Source: Puccinia triticina (taxonomy: Eukaryota). From it: a stretch of 64,000 nt of DNA. The notes below the pieces were generated by a model. That model saw only the letters and a program-made list of their open reading frames with translations, was not told the origin of the DNA and ran no database searches. How positions within the stretch are numbered: the stretch's first letter is position 1; every line of letters begins with the position of its first letter. Of this stretch, positions 51,680-62,960 are shown one piece after another. The DNA is taken from contig CP110439.1 in the NCBI GenBank assembly GCA_026914245.1, positions 1,426,001 through 1,490,000 on the forward strand, in the 5' to 3' direction. Both the position numbers and the translations under genes were made by a program.

Positions 51680-52395
51680 TCAGTGCTTATTGTTAGAGTC
51701 AATCTTGATTATATGGAGTATCACATACACCAACAGAAACAAATCCGTAGCGGACACTGGGAACTCGAGCTGCGTTGCCACTAAATCTAATACAATCTCT
51801 GTGTTTGAGGTCTTGAAAGTTTTTGTGCGCCTCGGAATTGAGTGAACACAAATTGATTCGACCTGAGTGGGACTGCGCAGGAACAAGGTCAGCAATTTGA
51901 TGGGGCACACTCAAGCAAATGTTCATGGGCATTTTAGAGAACTGCTATATTTAGTGTTCAGTCTAGAGGTAAATCCCATACCTGCTTGATGGTATTATCC
52001 ACAATTTCAAGATGAGAGACCCTCTCGTGAATCGGATGCCAGTGGACCTGCACAACTCGAGCCATACCAAAGACCTGGGCATTTTTGTATTGATATAGGT
52101 TGGGGAGTTCTCCATGGTGAATATACCAATTGAGGTTCTCTACAGTAATCGTTGGTTGGTTGGATACAGGACACAATGATAATTTTCCACATAGGAAGAT
52201 CTGGCTGAGAGTATTGTCGAAGATTGCAGGAATATCAGGATCATGAAATTTGAGCACAACATGATATTCTTGATACCCAGTGAATGATGGGGGAAGATTA
52301 AATGATGCAATAGGGGTCCCAAGGTGTATTTCATCTCCAACTTGTTGTATACTACGTGTATTTGCAAGAAGTAAATTGGCAGCAATCTCAATCAT
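51680..52395 (-). CDS. Orphan beta-rich protein, paralog of 53526-54194
   Basis: QIFLCGKL..PTITVENLNW aligns with QILLSGTL..PTITSENGNW; probable second exon at ~51680-51910. Confidence 0.45.
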
Positions 52396-53525
52396 TATGA
52401 TTGTCTAATAGTTTGGAAATACGGCAGGCTGAGTTATGACTGGCAATCGAGGAATTCTAGGGAGGGGTGGGATAAGAAGAGGCACCTAGCATTCAATCCC
52501 GCCTTTTAATGGCAATACTCATCTATCCCAAAGTGTTGGAGGGCAAGAAACTTTTGTTTTGGCCTTCCACCCACAAAGGCAAATGACTTGTTCCCTTGCC
52601 TTCCCTGCATTATCTCATCTCAGGAATAAAGGATTTTATGTATCAATTTTGAAATGCAAAGTCAATGTGCCTCTTTGTTCTACTGTGTTAATTGGTGCAA
52701 TTTGAAAATTGCTACAAAGTGTGTTCTCCACGGCAGGCATCTTGGTTTGGATTTGTTTGTCTTTATGTGTAAGATATCCTTTGTCAGGCCTTCCTGTTAA
52801 CTGTTTTATTTGGATAATACATAACATATTTGTGTGATTAACCTTTGTGATAGTTTCTTGCATACGTACAATGCAGTGTTGACTGCCATGTACGCGCGTA
52901 CATGGTTGTGACCCATTGCACAAAATCCCTTCCACCACCAAAATATCCATGTGCATGACGGACTGCAAAGTCTATTTCTACAATGTGTAATACATAAAAA
53001 CAACAATACCACCACCCATGCCCCCAAGGTCTTCTCCACCCAATTACCCAAAGGCTAACGTAACAAGAAAACTGTTTCTTGGAACCTCACAAGAGAATCC
53101 TCAATTTGTAAGTTGCATTATAGAAATCTGTCTCATTTTCTGACAAGGACTTCATTCCTCTTGTGTAAAGCATGTGTTTTGGCAAGGAAAACCAGCAAAC
53201 ATTATATATGGTAACTGACTGCTTGTAATCCAATTGTCCTCAAATGAGCAAATGTTTTGCAGATAAGAAAATTCCCCAGCATACCAGCCAAGACAAGAAA
53301 ACTTGTAATTGAGTAACATCTGCATAACAACCAATGGCAACCAGCACAAATTGGATCTTCTTAGTAGCGGTTGTGTGAGTCTAATCTAAAACGCCGATTT
53401 GGTCTCTCCCGGAGGTTGTGATTATGCCCTGTATTCCTGGGTAGTTCGTTTATATCAAAGACATGTTGGAAGATTACTGCAGTCAGTTTCCGGAGGGCTC
53501 AATCAAAATCTCTCATGATTCCAGC

Positions 53526-54194
53526 TCAGCTAGCCTTAAATTTTACACACACCTGGATAGTTAATAAGCTGGTACAATCCCCTGGAACAATTGATCCCTT
53601 CATCTCAATCTGATCTCCCACCGTGAACCTGGCCAGGTTAAGGTCATTCAGTTGTGGATCACCTACCAGACGCATTGGCGTGGGCTGATTGGCCATGAAA
53701 TATGCAAAAGGATCAACAGTTGGTTTCCCGCACACATAGCTTAGAGTAGTAGGGAAATGACAAACATTCAATTCGCTGGCATCTACAGCAATCAGAAATC
53801 CATGATCTGATTCGTTTCCACCAGGCAAAAAATCACTTGTGATTGCCACTCTGCCCCCCACATGCATTCTCTCCGTTGCATCCGGTTCCCCCAGGTGGAT
53901 ACATAGCAATCCAGAATGCGGAATCCAATTGCCGTTCTCGGATGTAATAGTTGGGAATGGTATATTTTGTGTAAGGATCAGAGTTCCTGAAAGCAGAATT
54001 TGTGTGGTGGATGGCAGAATAACTTCTGGTCTGGGTGTATTACAGAGATTTATATCATAACGTCTCATTTGTTGTGGGTAAATTCTAGCCTGGGAGTTAC
54101 GCGAGAAGATGACACTATTAAAACTAATCATATCACCATGACTACTTCGTGGGGTGTTTGTGTCTAAGAAGCAATTTGCAAAAATTTTCATCAT
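53526..54194 (-). CDS. Orphan beta-rich protein, paralog of 51680-52395
   Basis: Long open frame; motif similarity to 51958-52395. Confidence 0.45.
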   Translation of the reverse strand: MMKIFANCFLDTNTPRSSHGDMISFNSVIFSRNSQARIYPQQMRRYDINLCNTPRPEVILPSTTQILLSGTLILTQNIPFPTITSENGNWIPHSGLLCIHLGEPDATERMHVGGRVAITSDFLPGGNESDHGFLIAVDASELNVCHFPTTLSYVCGKPTVDPFAYFMANQPTPMRLVGDPQLNDLNLARFTVGDQIEMKGSIVPGDCTSLLTIQVCVKFKAS

Positions 54195-55535
54195 TGTGTG
54201 TATAATTCGTTGTAGGTGAATATCAGGAAAAAAAGGACTGGCGGGCAAGAAACTCCTTTTATGGTTGTGCTGGCATGGTGATATACATCAGGGCCTTCCA
54301 GTTTTTGGGTAGTACATCAAATTTATCTTGGCAGCAGAAATATCTGATATTACACCTGAGTCATCTTCGGAGTCATCATTCTGTCTTACCACTTGAAGAT
54401 ATCCGACTGCCGGAGCTTAATCCTACCATTCTCCGCCCCTATTATTACTGCCCGTTTAATCATCACAAATGATTAGATCAGAAGATCATTCAGAGTTGGA
54501 TCTTGTTTGAATCTCCATACAAACTTGACTTCCCTGCCAGTGCATCATTTGATGTCCACCATCATGTACGCACGTACATGATGGGGATGCTTCTTGTTCC
54601 CTCTATCTCCAGTGATGTAAAGAATCACGCATGCGCAGACTGAATCATGGGAATACATATGCCCACATGATGCAACCTCAGTTCCAGAGGGGAAATATAA
54701 TTTAGTACAACTCACTTGAATACAGATTTCATTTCTGGCTTCGCTTGCCCATACATGACAATGTACTCAGAAAATTGTTTCCTTGCATGTGCCTCCCTGT
54801 TATTGAATCTGTTATATAAACCTTTCATTTTATAGATATGTATGGAGTCTATTCAAGTGAATTCTAACTTTGTGATCCTTTCAGCGTGATTTCATCACCA
54901 GCAAACTCTGAATAATTGATACACTATACTTTCCAACATTTGTCACATCAGGCAAATTTTGTATTTGCATGTTCCTCGTGAGAGAGATGTCAAAAAATCA
55001 CCTCACATGTTTAAGTTCTCCACATGATTTGGTCTGAGTCTGTTTGGGTCCAGATCGGACCGCAACATCATATCCCCTCCTCAAACTGATGTGTACCCAA
55101 ATAGAAAAACACAGTTGATTACTCAACATGCTGCCTGATATTCACAGCATCTTCCTGTTCCCACTTCACATTTTCACATTCATTGATTTAAAGGCTGTTC
55201 ATGTCATTTAGATGTACAAAGCCTCATATGGGGATCCTAACCATGTACATTCACCAATTTTTACTCAACCAGACAAGGTCTCTCTGATCTCCCAATTGTA
55301 TCTTTCTAATGAACTGTTTCAAAATATTCATGAGTCAAGAGCTTGTTTCGTCATTTTTATCATTGAGGACCGTGTGTATTACATATCTCTATTTGCAATC
55401 TGAAGTGCTGTTTTACTTTCTCATGATTGAGTTTTTTGATGTTCTTGTTTGCTTGCTCGCCCTTCCAATTCAATGCTTACATCATCACTCTCCCATCGCG
55501 CGCGCCTCATTTCAAATCCCTCAGGTAGACCTGCT

Positions 55536-56750
55536 CACTGCAAGAAAAACTCTAGAAACTGCTTGCAGTTGAGATGCAAGATCTCAAGGCAAGCTGTGCC
55601 TCATGCAAGAATCAAGCACTGGGTGATTCAATTTCCATGCACATTGCATAATTTATGCAAGAGGGAGTCTAAGGTACAAAAAACTGAGTACAGGCTCCAA
55701 AATACTGAGTTGATACTTGTGCAAATTCCCCTTTCATGTGAAAATTCCCCTTTCATGTGCACATACCCCTTTCATGTGCGTGTATCCCTTTCATGTGCGT
55801 GTATCCCTTCCACAATGTGTACATACCCCTGTGAGCCGCGGCTCCCGCAAGCTCACAGAGAGGTTCACAGGAGTATCACCAACCGACATCGACCACCGAC
55901 TTAGTCCCCAGCTCTCGCTATCCTAGTTCGGCAGGGAAGTACTGAGACTTCCCCCGAACTAGGTGAGCAAGACCTTTCCTTCTTTTCCGTTTCCCTCTCT
56001 CTCTCTTTCAATTTGTATTTCGAGGGAAGTACTGAGACTTCCCCCGAACTAGTGCCCCTTTGCAATTCACACAGAGGTTCTAGAACGTCGTGCCTTCGCC
56101 CTTCGTCCCCTTAGCCCACTCAGTGAAGTACCCCAAATCTGGGCGCTTACAACCCCTTTCATCATGCTTTCATGACCCTTTCATGTTTAGATTTCCCCTT
56201 TGAGTTTTTTACATCCTTTTCAACCATTTCATCATTCAGGTTTACATACCCCTTTGATGTTTACATATCCTTTTCATGTGCAAATACCCCTTATTGCACA
56301 TACCCCTTTCATGCATACATACCCCTTTCATGAATACATACCCCTTTCATGCATACATACCCCTTTCATCATGTGTACATATCCCTTCTATGTGTTAATA
56401 CACCTTCTCACATTCCCCTTTCATGTGTACATATTCCTTTCATATGTACATATCCCTTTCATGTGTACATACCATTTTTATGTTATTCTGGCTGGATTCA
56501 ATGGCACACGGAGTTTTTTCTAAAAGAAAATAAAAGGGTGCTCAGGAGGATGCTCATTTGCAAGGTTGAACATTTGTCTCAGCCTACTGCATGAGCTCTA
56601 CAGCATGTTAAGCATTGAGTTGCTGAACAAGGTGCACACTGAAGGTGCACCAGCATGGAATTTGGGTGCTTGACTCCAGCTTGAGCTGAGGCTTGATTCA
56701 AGCTTGCTGCATCTCAACTGCAAGCAGTTTCTAGAGTTTTTCTTGCAGTG
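55536..56750. mobile_element. Non-autonomous DNA transposon with 43-bp perfect TIRs (CACTG...CAGTG), 4-bp TSD TGCT
   Basis: 55536-55578 is the exact reverse complement of 56708-56750; internal ~19-bp CCCTTTCATGTG repeats. Confidence 0.9.
55830..56151 (+). mobile_element. Short solo LTR nested in the MITE, 5-bp TSD ACCCC
   Basis: acccc|TGTGAG...GCTTACA|acccc; internal 30-bp direct repeat. Confidence 0.88.
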
Positions 56751-57157
56751 TGCTGCTCCTTCCGGCGAGGGCCTTGCACACGTTTCTGCCCCGGCTGATG
56801 AACGACCCAAACCAGCTATTCAAACGTTGTGATCCTCTCTAGAGCTAAACCTGCTGATTCTCTAATCCATCCTTTGAATTGCTTTGCTAAAAAACCAGTG
56901 CCTCCAGTTTATATAACCTCTACAACTCGGCTGTCAATTGTACCCCTCGTTTCACTTCACCTTTGATTGAGTCATTACGCCAGCAATCATCCAAGCATCA
57001 ACTCAGGAGTTCCATTGATGGAGCAAATCGATGTTGGTTTCATCAATGATCGCACGGGAGCGATCGTAAGAACATATTTTCTATGTATCTTCTATCCTTC
57101 AGTTATCAAACGATCCCACAGCACTGACATCCTCTGTCACAACCCCAATCTGATCGT

Positions 57158-58480
57158 TTGCTCCAGGAGAACAATCCCACTGTTGAACAGGACAGCGTGC
57201 CTGAAAGCCAACCTCGGCTTCCTGGAGCGCTTGTACTTCGTGATCACCCCAATCGCCCTAATCTCCTGACTTCAGCCTGCCCAACTAGACCCGCTGCTCC
57301 ACCTCCTCTCTTAGTCCGCTTTACGGACCGCTGGTCGCATCACCCACTTGTATACTCGTATCCCACGCGCCAGAAGATATCCTCAAGTTCCTTTCCTCTA
57401 CAGCCGCCATTTCCTCGGACCCGAAGCGGATCAACAATCTACTTCCCGCTGATTGATCCCCCAACCATCTTTTCTTTTGGTGGATGGTTTGATGGGGTCC
57501 TACAAAGCGATCTTTACTGTTTTAGCTTCAATCCAGCTGCCTCAAAGCCAAACTTAACGGCCAAAGTCGTCGCAACGCGAGGTCCAGCCCCAACTCCTCG
57601 ATCCAACCCCCTGTTAGCTGCAGCAGATGGTCATCTGTTTCTCTGTGCCGGAATCACGGAAACGCTAGATGGTGCCGAGAAAGATACACGCCTCTATTCT
57701 CTTTCGCTATTGACAAGTTCCTGGAGTCGCTACACAGTCTCAGGACCCTGTCCAGCTGCAATTTTTGGATCGACTCTTTGAAGGCTTTTTTTACGTCTAC
57801 GCTGGCACTGACATCAATGGAATGGTTCACGATAGCCTGTGGCGAATTGACCTAGATCATTGTAAGATTTTCACTCTTTGGGCTTATACATGATCTCAAA
57901 GCTGATCAATATCTCTCTGTTCAAAATATTCTTCCCTCCAGTAACCTCCAACTCGCTGTGGGAGGATATTTCATACCCCCATAACCCACCCGCGCGCATG
58001 GGCCATTCAGCGATTGTATATTCTCGCTTGTGGATTGTTTTTGGGGGTTCAAATGGTGGCAAAGTTTTCAATGACATATGGAAGTTCAATTTTGGTGATA
58101 AGGAGTGGAAATCTGTAGCTTGTTCAGGATATCTTCCCCCTCCGCGCCAACAGCATTCAGCACTTCGACTCGGCAACAAAATGTTTGTTTTCGGCGGAGT
58201 AGATGGTCAAACTACCAAACTTTGCGACATTTGGGCCTTGGACCTTCTGAGTACGTATTGCTTGTGTTTATATGTCCAACTGATCCTTGCCCTGCAGCTG
58301 AACACAAGCTTCTTTGTGATATGTAGGTTATGCTTGGTATGAGGTCGCTTGCGAAGGAGGTGCCGAAATAATGACTATCGGCCAACTCACAGCGGCGTGG
58401 GATGAAACAATTTACTTATTTGGTAGCAGCACTCCCACTGCCGGCCTGCCCCTTCGTCATTCGCTCTACCACACGATGGA
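57158..58480 (+). pseudogene. Kelch-repeat protein, disrupted
   Basis: Repeated PR..HS...F.FGG..D.W motifs (ARMGHSA..IVFGG; PRQQHSA..MFVFGG); stop or frameshift near 57780. Confidence 0.8.
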
Positions 58481-58968
58481 CTGCTCGAAAATAACTTCGT
58501 CATCCACACAATCCCGGGATTTCCAGTTAGCTTTCGGGGATGTCTGCGAAACTGTTGTGGCGCTGCCACATGAACTGTACCGGACAAACGATCTACCGTG
58601 AGTTTTCCTCTGATAGATGGCCTCGATCCTAATGCCTCCCCAAGAATTGGTGTTGCGTAGAGTTAGTGCAGTAGGCGTGCATATCATCCATGCCACGGCT
58701 AATTCTACAAGGCACTGATTCTTGGGGAAGCCGTTGGACCAGGGAGGTGCTGGTGTTATTTACGAGTAGTGCAGTCGGCGTGCACATCAACCGTGCCACG
58801 GCTACTCCTATGTACACCACACCTCTTTTGCATTACCACCAAGCAGTGCTCAAGATTATTTGGACCGGCTATTCCTGTTGTATCCCTTCTTGTAGTGAAT
58901 TGTGCAATGTGTTTTTTGGCTGATATCAAGTCTTAATTTGTTTATTCAGCCCAGGCAAACGCTCACGA

Positions 58969-60048
58969 ATGGGCAAGGACGCTAAGCGATTTGCGTGAGA
59001 AAAGGCAAAAAGAGAAGCACCTCTTTGTATCCCTGGGCAGCACGACAACATACACCACCGTACCCTGCCACCTTCTCGTCAACACGATCCGTGCCCCAAT
59101 GAAGTCATTACAACTGACCAAACAATCCGAGAACATTACGTATCCCTGACCCATGGTGTTTGCATTGTTGCGCCAAACAACCTTCCTCCATTCTGCATGG
59201 CAGCTTGGTATCCGTTCGAAACAATGGCGGCCAGCGAGAAAAAAGGTTGGGAAAAATTTGTCCTTCACCTCCTGAGCCAAATCAACTATGTTTCCGAAAT
59301 CAACACCAACGGGCCCCAAATTCGTGGATCTTTATGGGGCGACGGCTGGCGGAAATGCTCAAAGAACACTGAACACTTTGGACGGTTTTGCTCCGTGGAG
59401 TTTTGGCGGAAACAGATGAAGCTCCTGAAATTTGACCCAGAGGACCAGAAAGCCCGACTCCTTGAAGCTGGACAGTGGATCTCTGACAAATTGAGAAGCT
59501 TTGCGCCTGGCGTCCACAACTCGAATCAAAAGCTGCTCATCACTAATCAGTACCCTTCGATGAATCACACGGAGTATGGCGAACCCTATACATTGGCCGA
59601 CTTCTCCTCTTTCCAGACCTTTACCATGTACGACTTTTACAATCATCCGCACACGGATAACGATGTGAACGACTGGACGCTTGTTGGTTCAATTCCGATC
59701 TTCAACCCAAAAAACTCGGATAATCCTCAGATCTTGGCCGATGAAATGTTTGACATGGAGGGGGGTCAGTTCTCCTTTCGCGATTTTCAAGTCTGTCTAG
59801 ACTTGAACAAAACCCTTGGTGTTACACTGTGCGTATTCAGATCTCAAGATTACCGCCATCAAACTCTGCCTGGCTGTTCCCCTTCTGGAATGTATACCAG
59901 AATTGGATTTTCTTGTCAGATAAACAGGAGAATGGCTAATGCTATTACCGCTTATATCAATGGCTTATATAAAAAAGATTTAGACATTGGGGGCTTGCAG
60001 AATCAAATTGACAATGCAAACGCTCCTCCAAAGAAAAGAAATAAATAG
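58969..60048 (+). CDS. TET/JBP-family dioxygenase (copy 2); HxD/H/R intact; upstream in-frame TGA at 58996-58998
   Basis: GDGWRK; HTDND; GGQFSF; RHQTL; TRIGFSCQI; C-terminal PPKKRNK basic motif. Confidence 0.88.
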
Positions 60049-61423
60049 TTGTTTTCCAAATCTTTTTACAATTGGTTTTAAATGAAATGTCATGATTTCC
60101 TCTTTTTTTTATGTTCCTTAATTTCCAAACTCTTCATCCAACCCATGTCTTGAAGTGATCTGTCTTCAATCCAATTCAAGTTTCCTTCTCAAATGTCCCA
60201 AACAGTGCTTTGATCCACATCAATTTGTGACAATGTATCTCATCAGTTGTGAAAGTCAATTTCTGACAAATGAATGGTTTGGATGAATGTGGAATATTAA
60301 GTTTTTGATGAAGAACCGGTCAAGTTTCTTTCTCAGCAGAATCAATATACCACGCTGAAAATAGTCACAGTGCTCATGCGGTGTGCTTAAACATTTGTGA
60401 AAGTAACTGAGATTAAGATTTCTGGTTCAAATTGACCAAACATATGTGCATTTATGTATGAGTTTTGTCACTTTCTTTCCTTTGGACAATTTGAAACATC
60501 ACAAGCATTTCTCACTGCATTTTGTATTTGAGGATGAAATCATATATCACAAACCATTCCAACAACTCCCTCAATCCCTTGGCTGGATTTTATACTGCAA
60601 TTATAATCTGATGAACAATAAATCTTTGTGGAGATTAATTGGGCTTTATTTAAGCCATTCAGAGCTGTAATAAATTTAGACAAGGTGTTCTTAGCACTTG
60701 TTTCACTGTAGTCAATCCATGGATAATTCTATGCAAGAATGAATGTGTAACAACGTGAAAATGGGATTATCAAAAATTGGATCAATTCAACATGCCATGA
60801 ACAACAGCTGGCATCATTGAAATTTAGTACTTCAGCAAGATAAGGTTATTTAGTTGTACATCGAAGCCACTAAGCATTAGCATTAACTATTATTTCTAGG
60901 TGCAAGTTGAATGGTTTGTGTGTGCTCAACTGCAAGAAACAACATATCCTTTTCAGAAACATTTGTCACTTCCCGCTGGTGCAATAAACAAATGGCCACA
61001 AATAATTCAATTATACTTACAGGAAACTGCTTTGATATGTTCCAGTTCAGTTACAACTGATTTGAATTTGAGTTCTGGGTTATATTTCAAGATGAGTTAT
61101 GGATGATTCCCAAATTAGTTTGAATTCAGTTATGAATTACTTATTGATACTGTCTGGAAGAGTTCAGGGTGAGCTGTGCATCAGTTCTGAATAATTTTCC
61201 CCTGTGACAAGAAGACTTTTGGGATGAGTTCCAGACCACTTATGGATGATCTTCCTGACTATATACAATACTGCTTAAGCTATATTTACTAAAGGCCTCC
61301 AGCACAGTTATGGAAAAAAATTCACGTAGGGCACTCCCTGGAGAGTGGGAACATATCTCCCCTGGTGAAAGACGCTTACAATATTGCCGCAGGTATATCT
61401 CATGCACTACATATTCAGAGTGC

Positions 61424-61700
61424 CAGACACACTTTTGATAGTGGCGGGCACACTTTTGATAGTGGCAGACACACTTTTGATAGTGGCGGACCCACTTTTG
61501 ATAGTGGTGGATGCACTTTTGATAGTGGCGGACACACTTTTGATAGTGGCAGACCCACTTTTGATAGTGGCAGACCCACTTTTGATAGTGGCAGACCCAC
61601 TTTTGATAGTGGCAGACCCACTTTTGATAGTGGCGGACCCACTTTTGATAGGGGCGGATGCACTTTTGACGGTGGCGGACGCACCTTTGATAGTGGCAGA
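61424..61700. repeat. 21-bp minisatellite (CACTTTTGATAGTGGCAGACC), about 13 copies
   Basis: Head-to-tail units with no spacers. Confidence 0.95.
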
Positions 61701-62960
61701 TGCAGCACAGCGTGTGCTCTTTTGCGCCCTGCGTGCTTAGCGTTAGCGCAATTGCGCCTATCTGTGTTAACGCTACACTAAAATCTAAAATGCATCTGTG
61801 CTAACGCTACGCTGAGAGACTCCTGTCCGTACAAGCGGAGGCAGTCGTGTGAGGGGATGGGTGCTGTTTAGGCTGCCCTCGTGGCTGGGTGGTCCGTGGT
61901 GATGAGCGCTGAAAATGGGGGGGATCAGGGATAGCTATTGGGTTTTGGGTGGTTTTGAGAAGTTCGCCGGGGGTTTGGATCCTCGGCGGCGGTTGTTTTG
62001 TTTGAGGGGAAGGGAGATGTGATCTTAAGGAAGAGGAAGTAAAAAGATCCGGAAAACTCTGATGAAGGATGATCGGCGGGCGGAGCCCGTAAGTTGAAAC
62101 TCTGAAGATAGGATCTATAAGCTCAGTGATGGTCCGTATTCCGGGGATCAGAATGCCATGGCCACCCATCATCCAAGTTCGAGCTGAACTTGGACTCCGG
62201 GCGACATGTCACATACATTTCATCACATCCTCCGCGCGCTACACGCGCACACACTCACAACAAACAAGATAAAAAAGAAGAAAGGAAACAACACAAGGGA
62301 AAATTAAGGAAAACACAGCGTGATGAGTCAGGAAGAAAAGAACCAGAGGGAGGAAAATAAAAAGAGGAAAGAGAAAACAGAAAACACTCAAGACAGGCAG
62401 AACAAACAGAAGAGAAAGAAATCAGAAACAAACAAGGAAATAAACCCACATCAGGCGCTGTGTTAGGACCAAGAAAGCTGAAGAGGCATGGGGAACTGAG
62501 AAGGAAGGGAGATGGGAAAATGGACAGAAGGAAAAGGAGAGATAGGGGAGCCAGTTGAAGGTGGAAATGTGATGAGAAGAGATCTTGAGGCCTGGGGAGT
62601 CGGGACTGCACCATAACTTTCATTGAGTCGCAAGACCCAATGTTGGATTACCTAATCAACTTTCATTGAGTCGCGGGACCCAATGTCGGATTACCTAATC
62701 AACTTTCATTGAGTCGCGGGACCCAATGACGGATTTCTGTCCACCCCAGCGTGGAAATTGAGTCTTGGGAAGTGAAAATAAACTTGAGTCTTGATGATCC
62801 TGCTGGCGGCGGTGATGCTCCTGAATAGCTGGCCACGAGAGGGGCCACCACAACGCTAAAAGCTAAAATAGCTTTGCACCCTGTGCGCGTAGCGTCAGCG
62901 CAGATGCGCGCGATTGCAATAACGCTATGCTAAAAAAGAGCGCATTTGCGCTGTGCTACA
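61701..62960. mobile_element. GC-rich MITE-like element with imperfect inverted ends, split by an LTR
   Basis: GCAGCACAGCG..GCTCTTTT at left versus AAAAGAGCGC..CGCTGTGCTAC at right. Confidence 0.45.
61813..62852. mobile_element. Solo LTR, 4-bp TSD ACGC, with an internal ~43-bp triple repeat (62614-62733)
   Basis: acgc|TGAGAG...GGCCACCACA|acgc; related to 12164-12976. Confidence 0.8.

Noticed and set aside
61424..61700. CRISPR-like array or 138-aa repeat protein
   Set aside because: Units are head-to-tail with no unique spacers, in a eukaryotic context with no cas genes. The ORFs arise because the 21-bp unit lacks stops.
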